Positions 25,774-31,111 of a DNA stretch of 31,111 nt are shown piece by piece; position 1 is the stretch's first letter; each line of letters starts with the position of its first letter. The stretch spans positions 1 to 31,111 of the forward strand of contig JALGTD010000082.1 in the NCBI GenBank assembly GCA_029821515.1, read 5' to 3'. The stretch comes from Candidatus Zipacnadia bacterium. GTDB lineage: Bacteria; Armatimonadota; Zipacnadia; Zipacnadales; Zipacnadaceae. The position numbers and the translations under genes are program-made. Under the pieces are notes generated by a model. The model was not told where the DNA came from. It was given only the letters and a program-made list of their open reading frames with translations, and did no database searches.

Positions 25774-26169
25774 TTAACGCTTGGAGAACTGCTTGGCGCG
25801 ACGTGCTTTACGGAATCCGGCATGCTTACGCTCCTTGACGCGGGCATCACGGGTGAGTAACCCCGCCTGGCTGAGGAGAGTGCGAAACTCCTCATTATCC
25901 TTCACCAGGGCCTTAGCAATCCCGTGACGCAGGGCGTGCGCCTGACCGACGATTCCTCCACCCAGCACCTCGGCATCCACGTCGTACTGCCCGGCGGTAT
26001 CGGTGGCCCCAAAAGGCTCTTGAACCAACTGGATCAGCGAGTAGCGGTGTAAATACTCTTTCGCAGGTTTGCCGTTGACAGTAATCTCACCACTGCCTGA
26101 CTGCAACCGCACCTTAGCGATAGCACCCTTACGCTTGCCTGTTCCATAACCAGCTTGTGCTCCGGCCAA
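25774..26169 (-). CDS. rpsI: 30S ribosomal protein S9
   Basis: GYGTGKRK...GGGIVGQA...LLTRDARVKERK...QFSKR. True start is probably TTG 26169 after AAGGAGG. Confidence 0.96.
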   Translation of the reverse strand: MAGAQAGYGTGKRKGAIAKVRLQSGSGEITVNGKPAKEYLHRYSLIQLVQEPFGATDTAGQYDVDAEVLGGGIVGQAHALRHGIAKALVKDNEEFRTLLSQAGLLTRDARVKERKHAGFRKARRAKQFSKR

Positions 26170-26213
26170 TATTGCCTGCCTCCTTGGTCCCGTAACAAGA
26201 AATGAAAGTTGTG

Positions 26214-26631
26214 TCAAATCTCTTCGAGCTGCAGCGGCTCAGCCTACATAGACTTTCAGCTTCTCGCCCATCTTGCGCCCCAGCCGATTGTGGGGCAGCA
26301 TACCCAACACCGCCCGGCGTACCAGCTCATCCGGGGAGTGTTCCATAAGCTCCCCAGCAATCTCTACCTTCAAGCCACCCGGATACTGCGAGTGGCGGTA
26401 ATACTTCTTATCCTCCAGCTTGTTACCCGTCAGCACTACCTGCTCAGCATCCGTGATAATCACAAAATCGCCAGTGTCAATATGCCGAGTATATTCCGGC
26501 TTATGCTTGCCCATAAGAATACGGGCAACACGCGAGGCTAGCCGGCCCAGTCGCTGCCCGGCGGCGCTGATGACCCACCAGTCTTGCTGCACTTCATCCT
26601 GTTTCATTGATTCAGTCTTCAAGTTTCCCAT
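26214..26631 (-). CDS. rplM: 50S ribosomal protein L13; premature TGA at 26239 from an apparent small deletion
   Basis: LGRLASRVA, GKHKP, DTGDFVII, YPGGLK, GMLPHNRLGR, KLKVYVG*. The shifted frame continues EPLQLEEI* to 26214. Confidence 0.95.
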
Positions 26632-26707
26632 TTTATAAAACCCTTTCGTGCCTCACCCACTTGGCGGTGCACCCAAAAGAACTACGGCCGCCGCGACCCC
26701 GCGATAT

Positions 26708-27445
26708 CTACTCGTAAGTCACTCGCACCAGCCACAGCCCACAACCCGGTGCCGTCGGACCAGCTTGCCGGCGATCCCGACTGGCCAAAATCTCAGCTAC
26801 CGCCGACGAAGCCCGGCGCCCCTGTCCAACTTCGACCAGGGTTCCGACCATAATCCGCACCATCTTATACAGAAAGCCATCTCCCTGCACATACATTCTA
26901 ATCATATCGCCATCGCGGCAAACCTCGAGACGGTCAATAACACGCACCATATCTGTTGCCGAACCGCCCGAGGCACAAAAGGCACTAAAGTCATGCCGAC
27001 CCAGCAGAACCTGGGCAGCCTGGCCCATCGCCTTGACATCCAACCGATCACCGATATACCACGCATATCGAGTTATGAACGGCGACCCAGCGGGGCGATT
27101 TAGAATCTGATAGCAGTAGAGTTTGCACCGGGCATCGCGGCGCGCATCAAACTCCGGCGCAACTTCACAGGCCTCCACCACCCCAACCGCCACTGGTAAT
27201 CGCTCGTCTAGCGCCCTGACCAAGTTACTGGGCGGAATGGGACTGGAACTTTCAAAGGTCACAATCTGGCCCAGCGCATGGACTCCGGCGTCGGTACGAC
27301 TGGCCGCACGAATCTTAACCGGATGCCCCAATAGCTCGCCTAGTGCTTGTTGCAACTCGCCTTGGACCGTTTTCGCATTAGACTGTATCTGAAACCCGGC
27401 GTAGTCAGTGCCGTCGTACTGGACGGTGACCATCAGCTTACGCAT
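26708..27445 (-). CDS. truA: tRNA pseudouridine(38-40) synthase
   Basis: YDGTDYAGFQ, ASRTDAGVHA, GRHDFSAF, FLYKMVRIMVG, APGCGLWL. Confidence 0.97.
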   Translation of the reverse strand: MRKLMVTVQYDGTDYAGFQIQSNAKTVQGELQQALGELLGHPVKIRAASRTDAGVHALGQIVTFESSSPIPPSNLVRALDERLPVAVGVVEACEVAPEFDARRDARCKLYCYQILNRPAGSPFITRYAWYIGDRLDVKAMGQAAQVLLGRHDFSAFCASGGSATDMVRVIDRLEVCRDGDMIRMYVQGDGFLYKMVRIMVGTLVEVGQGRRASSAVAEILASRDRRQAGPTAPGCGLWLVRVTYE

Positions 27446-27487
27446 AGCTGGCACCAACTTCGGCTCCGGGCAAAAAACAGACTATCC

Positions 27488-27841
27488 TTATTCGACCAGC
27501 TCGAGGATAGCCATCTCGGCCTGATCACCGCGCCGCACCCCGGCTCTAATCATGCGGGTATACCCACCGGGCCGGTCAGTATAGCGCGGGGCAATTTGGG
27601 TAAACAGATAATCCACCAGAGCTGCATCGTTAATGATCCGCAGCACCTGCCGGCGCGCCGCCAGATCACCGCGCTTGGCCTTGGTGATAATCTTCTCTGC
27701 TATAGGCGCAGCCTGCTTGGCCTTCGCTACCGTAGTCTTTATGCGGTTGTGCCGCAGCAGCGCATCGACCACTCCCCGCAGCAGAGCCATGCGTTGATCA
27801 GTTGGCCTTCCCAGTTGTTTCCCGGCTTTGCGATGTCGCAT
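27488..27841 (-). CDS. rplQ: 50S ribosomal protein L17
   Basis: MRHRKAGKQLGR...IKTT...RPGGYTR...RRGD. Confidence 0.97.
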   Translation of the reverse strand: MRHRKAGKQLGRPTDQRMALLRGVVDALLRHNRIKTTVAKAKQAAPIAEKIITKAKRGDLAARRQVLRIINDAALVDYLFTQIAPRYTDRPGGYTRMIRAGVRRGDQAEMAILELVE

Positions 27842-27898
27842 TCGGCTATCCTCTTCTATTAGCTCAACTACCAATTATCTGGAAAAGCTCCGGCCTTG

Positions 27899-28897
27899 CT
27901 ATGCGCTGTCGTCCTCCGCTTCATCCTCAGGCTGCGCCAGGGTCAGATCAAACCTGGCCAGCTTCTCGACGACTGCCTCCAGCGAACTCTCACCAAAGTT
28001 GCGAATGCCCAACAGGTCCTGCTCAGTGTGCTCCACCAGATCGCCAATTGTGTCAACATCGGACTTCTTCAAGCAATTTAGAGCGCGGACAGTCAGATCC
28101 AACTCCTCAAGAGGCAGGGCCAGGGTCTTATCATAGACTTCGGCTTCGGCCGCTTCGAGCTTGGCTTCGGCCGCTTCTTCGGGCACAGCGGCAAAGACGC
28201 TCAGATACTGTTGAAGGACCGCCGCCGCCCGGCGCAGTGCCTCATCAGGCATAATCGCTCCGTCACCCCACAATTCCAGGATCAGGCGGTCAAGGTCAGT
28301 GCGCCGACCCAGGCGGGTTGGTTCAACATGGTATGAAGCCCGGGCAACCGGCGAGAAGACAGCGTCAACCGGGATTACATCGAGCGCAGTAGCCTGGCGG
28401 TCGCGCTCCTCAACAGGTACGTAGCCTTTGCCCTCACTTACCCACATCTCGATGTACAGCTCGGTCTCTTTTCCGGTGATCTGAGCCAGGTGCAGATCCG
28501 GATTTACTATCTCCAGTCCGAGCGGGCAGTGCACATCCGCCCCCGTCACCTCTCGAGGCCCGTCTACTTCGACCTTAAGCTCATACTGGGAGTCTTCATC
28601 GTCTTCAAGCTCAGGCGCTTGGCCGTCCGCCCACCTGATGACTAGCTCCTTCAGGTTAAGTATAAGCTCGGTACTATATTCCATAATACCAGGGATGGTG
28701 CTGAATTCATGGCGCACCCCTTCAATTCTCACGTCAGTCACAGCCACACCACGCAAATGCGCCAATAGTACGCGGCGAAAGGCATTGCCCAGCGTGTGAC
28801 CAAAACCGCGCTCCAACGGCTCTATTGAGAAACGACCATATTTCTCGTCGAGCTGGAGTATGACGATTTCAGGCTTAATCCCCTCAGGCATATCCAC
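27899..28897 (-). CDS. rpoA: RNA polymerase alpha subunit
   Basis: EPLERGFGHTLGNAFRRVLL, HEFSTIPG, VDAVFSPV; CTD LTVRALNCLK...IRNFG. Confidence 0.98.
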   Translation of the reverse strand: MDMPEGIKPEIVILQLDEKYGRFSIEPLERGFGHTLGNAFRRVLLAHLRGVAVTDVRIEGVRHEFSTIPGIMEYSTELILNLKELVIRWADGQAPELEDDEDSQYELKVEVDGPREVTGADVHCPLGLEIVNPDLHLAQITGKETELYIEMWVSEGKGYVPVEERDRQATALDVIPVDAVFSPVARASYHVEPTRLGRRTDLDRLILELWGDGAIMPDEALRRAAAVLQQYLSVFAAVPEEAAEAKLEAAEAEVYDKTLALPLEELDLTVRALNCLKKSDVDTIGDLVEHTEQDLLGIRNFGESSLEAVVEKLARFDLTLAQPEDEAEDDSA

Positions 28898-28980
28898 GGC
28901 TCCTCATTCATTATGTTCAGTTCTCGCTCAGTTCCAATGAACGACAATTACTGCCTGGCTCGCACCAGCCCGACAGCAGG

Positions 28981-29613
28981 CTATCGCGAGTAAAACTCTA
29001 TAACCTGCTGTTCGTCAACGTCTACATCAATCTCTTCGCGCTGGGGCAAGCCGACAATCTTCACACTACGGTTATCTCGGCTCACTTCCAGCCATGAGAG
29101 ACTCCCGCCACCAGCGGTGGCAGCCAGGGCCTGTTCAATGGGCTGGAGGTCCTTGCTGCCATCAGCCACCTCTACCTGCTCTCCGACGCTTGCTAGATAC
29201 GAGGGTATATTAACCGGCTGAGCATCGACGGTAAAATGCCGGTGGCTGACTAACTGACGAGCCTGCGCCCGGCTACTAGCCAGACTCGCACGATAGACGA
29301 CGTTATCCAGGCGACGTTCCAACAACTGCAGCAGGTTATGCCCGCTAATTCCCGACATCCGCTCAGCCTCACGAATGTAGCGGCGGAATTGCTCTTCGCT
29401 AACCCCGTAGATATGGCGGATCTTCTGCTTCTCACGAAGCTGCTTGGAATAGTCACTGCGCCGGTACCGGCGGCTGCCGCTGCCCCGTTGCCCCGGGGGG
29501 TAACTTTTGCGCTCCATAGCACACTTGGGGCTATAACAACGCTGCCCTTTGAGAAACAACTTCTGACCGGCTCGCCGACATAGCTTACAAACTGAGCCAC
29601 GTAGCTGGCTCAT
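28981..29613 (-). CDS. rpsD: 30S ribosomal protein S4 (zinc-binding type)
   Basis: CKLCRR...C...C, LREKQK, LERRLDNVVYR, EFYSR. Confidence 0.98.
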   Translation of the reverse strand: MSQLRGSVCKLCRRAGQKLFLKGQRCYSPKCAMERKSYPPGQRGSGSRRYRRSDYSKQLREKQKIRHIYGVSEEQFRRYIREAERMSGISGHNLLQLLERRLDNVVYRASLASSRAQARQLVSHRHFTVDAQPVNIPSYLASVGEQVEVADGSKDLQPIEQALAATAGGGSLSWLEVSRDNRSVKIVGLPQREEIDVDVDEQQVIEFYSR

Positions 29614-29685
29614 TAGAACCGTTCACCTCCGAACGCCAACCATACCACTGACATCATCTCATTGATTACTTTGTGCAACGTCCAT

Positions 29686-30081
29686 CTACACCCGGCGCCG
29701 TTTTTTGAGTCGACACCCGTTGTGAGGCACCGGGGTGACATCTTTTATCTCGCCGACCTCAATACCGGCGGCCTGAAGTGCCCGGATAGCAGTCTCGCGA
29801 CCCGAGCCGGGGCCCTTAGTAAAGACATCAACCTTGGATATCCCAAACTCCTTAGCCTGGCGGGCAACATTCTCAGCCGCCAACTGAGCCGCGAAGCTGG
29901 TGCCCTTCTTCGTCCCGGTGAAACCAATCGTACCACCACTGGCCCAGCACAGAGTGTTGCCGTCGGGATCAGTTATAGTCACAATTGTGTTGTTATAGGT
30001 TGATCTGATACACGCACGCCCATAAGGCACCTGTTGGGTGGCTTTACGGCGGCGGCGCGAACTCGATTGGTTGCGGCGCAT
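29686..30081 (-). CDS. rpsK: 30S ribosomal protein S11
   Basis: [41 protein letters not shown] 30081 follows GGAGG. Confidence 0.97.
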   Translation of the reverse strand: MRRNQSSSRRRRKATQQVPYGRACIRSTYNNTIVTITDPDGNTLCWASGGTIGFTGTKKGTSFAAQLAAENVARQAKEFGISKVDVFTKGPGSGRETAIRALQAAGIEVGEIKDVTPVPHNGCRLKKRRRV

Positions 30082-30130
30082 TGCTCTTGCCTCCATCAGC
30101 AGCCTCACCTGCTGACTGCTGTAGTTAACA

Positions 30131-30514
30131 CTACTTGGGGCCAGGTGTTCGCTTGCGACCTGCCACAGTCTTCTTGCGCCCCTTACGAGTGCGGGCATTG
30201 GTCTTGGTCCGTTGTCCGTGCACCGGCAGACTCCGGCGATGACGCATACCGCGGTATGAACCTATTTCAATTAGCCGCTGGATATTAGCGTGCACATCCC
30301 GGCGCTTTTCCCCTTCAATTGTGTAGTCGCGGTCAATGATCTCCCGCAGACGGGCGGCATCTTCTTCGGTAATCTCGTACATACGAGTGCTGGGATCAAT
30401 TCCTGCCTCTTCCACAACGGCTTCGGCACGGGCTCGCCCGATTCCATAGATATAAGTCAAAGCAATACGAACCGGTTTGTCACGGGGTAAGTCAACTCCA
30501 GCTATTCTTGGCAC
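30131..30514 (-). CDS. rpsM: 30S ribosomal protein S13
   Basis: [43 protein letters not shown]. Confidence 0.98.
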   Translation of the reverse strand: MPRIAGVDLPRDKPVRIALTYIYGIGRARAEAVVEEAGIDPSTRMYEITEEDAARLREIIDRDYTIEGEKRRDVHANIQRLIEIGSYRGMRHRRSLPVHGQRTKTNARTRKGRKKTVAGRKRTPGPK

Positions 30515-30532
30515 TATTGATCCCTCCCGGCG

Positions 30533-30646
30533 CTATCCCTGGCGTTGCTTGTGGCGAGGGTTGGAACAAACCACATAAACCCGCCCTCGTCGGCGTACGA
30601 TCTTGCACTTGTCACAACGTTTTTTAACTGACGCACTGACTTTCAT
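30533..30646 (-). CDS. rpmJ: 50S ribosomal protein L36 (zinc-binding type)
   Basis: Below the ORF-track cutoff; hand translation gives [37 protein letters not shown]. Confidence 0.97.
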   Translation of the reverse strand: MKVSASVKKRCDKCKIVRRRGRVYVVCSNPRHKQRQG

Positions 30647-30731
30647 ATTAATATTCTCCTCACTACAACCAACCCGCTGCCCGTCCGACCCAGGCCCCCT
30701 GGCGCGCGCAGGCGATGCTAACCAAACCGAG

Positions 30732-30965
30732 TCACTTATGCAGCCAGGTGATACGCGCCCGGGTTACATCATACGGCGATAGTTCCACAGTAACCTTGTC
30801 ACCCGCCATAATGCGAATGTAATTGGTTCGCATCTTGCCGGACAGATGAGCGAGTACCTCATGCCCGTTCTCCAGTTCCACCTTGAACTGGGCATTGGGC
30901 AGCTTGTCCACTACTCGCCCGATCATGCGAATCTTCTTGTCACGTCTACCATTTGTCTCGGACAT
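30732..30965 (-). CDS. infA: Translation initiation factor IF-1
   Basis: [25 protein letters not shown]...[12 protein letters not shown]. Confidence 0.97.
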   Translation of the reverse strand: MSETNGRRDKKIRMIGRVVDKLPNAQFKVELENGHEVLAHLSGKMRTNYIRIMAGDKVTVELSPYDVTRARITWLHK

Positions 30966-31111
30966 CCGATAGCAGCTTAGCCCCTTCCGCCAGACTCAAT
31001 ATTAGCGGTTCCGAGTCGGTTACCACTACATCATGTTCAAAGTGTGCCGATAGTTCACCGTCGGCTGTGCGCACTGTCCAACCATCTTCATCCACCTTGA
31101 CCTGCTCAGTG
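30946..31111 (-). CDS. map: Methionine aminopeptidase, C-terminal fragment (runs off the window edge)
   Basis: Hand translation: ...[32 protein letters not shown]...DKW*; overlaps the infA start by 20 nt. Confidence 0.92.
   Translation of the reverse strand, partial: TEQVKVDEDGWTVRTADGELSAHFEHDVVVTDSEPLILSLAEGAKLLSDVRDKW

Noticed and set aside
4817-26241. Stop-codon reassignment, programmed frameshifting or hopping as the explanation for the broken genes
   Set aside because: Reading through the stops gives non-homologous sequence, and most lesions lack conserved residues altogether, which recoding cannot restore. TGA also acts as a normal stop in intact genes such as pheS and uvrA.
26632-26707. 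Possible rplM-rpsI leader structure (GGCGG...CCGCC)
   Set aside because: Only a 5-bp stem; cannot be supported without covariation analysis.
14950-28970. GGCTGGTGC recurring near the ends of acpP, truA and rpsD (Chi- or REP-like?)
   Set aside because: Only three copies of a GC-rich 9-mer picked post hoc; no shared hairpin context.
30946-30965. 20-nt overlap between the map stop and the infA start
   Set aside because: Short overlaps are common in ribosomal operons; the gene order is canonical.
1-31111. tRNA/rRNA genes, CRISPR arrays, transposases, prophage genes
   Set aside because: None recognisable; nearly all sequence is accounted for by housekeeping CDSs with short intergenic gaps.

Overview
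Bacterial chromosomal window, almost entirely encoded on the minus strand. Read in transcription order (right to left) it contains: the end of the spc/alpha ribosomal superoperon (map partial, infA, rpmJ, rpsM, rpsK, rpsD, rpoA, rplQ, truA, rplM, rpsI); a secreted hypothetical protein; a yceD-rpmF-plsX-fabH-[acyl-CoA dehydrogenase, MenG/UbiE-like methyltransferase, etfB, ferredoxin-fused etfA]-fabD-fabG-acpP-fabF-rnc operon; a secreted GH42-fold protein; uvrA; a GT2 / O-antigen-ligase-like / tandem-GT4 glycosylation cluster; and a Phe T-box-controlled pheS followed by an MFS transporter rather than pheT. The T-box, sigma-70 promoters and gene order suggest a Terrabacteria-type organism (Armatimonadota-like is only a guess). 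The top candidate novelty is the ACAD-methyltransferase-EtfAB cassette. It sits where fabK (enoyl-ACP reductase) is found in many Firmicutes-type fab operons, and the ACAD has non-canonical CoA-pocket residues, so it could be an electron-bifurcating enoyl-ACP reductase. Main caveat: seven genes carry apparent short deletions or frameshifts, four of them in this cassette and one in the normally essential rplM, so assembly artefacts must be excluded with raw reads. No database searches were run.
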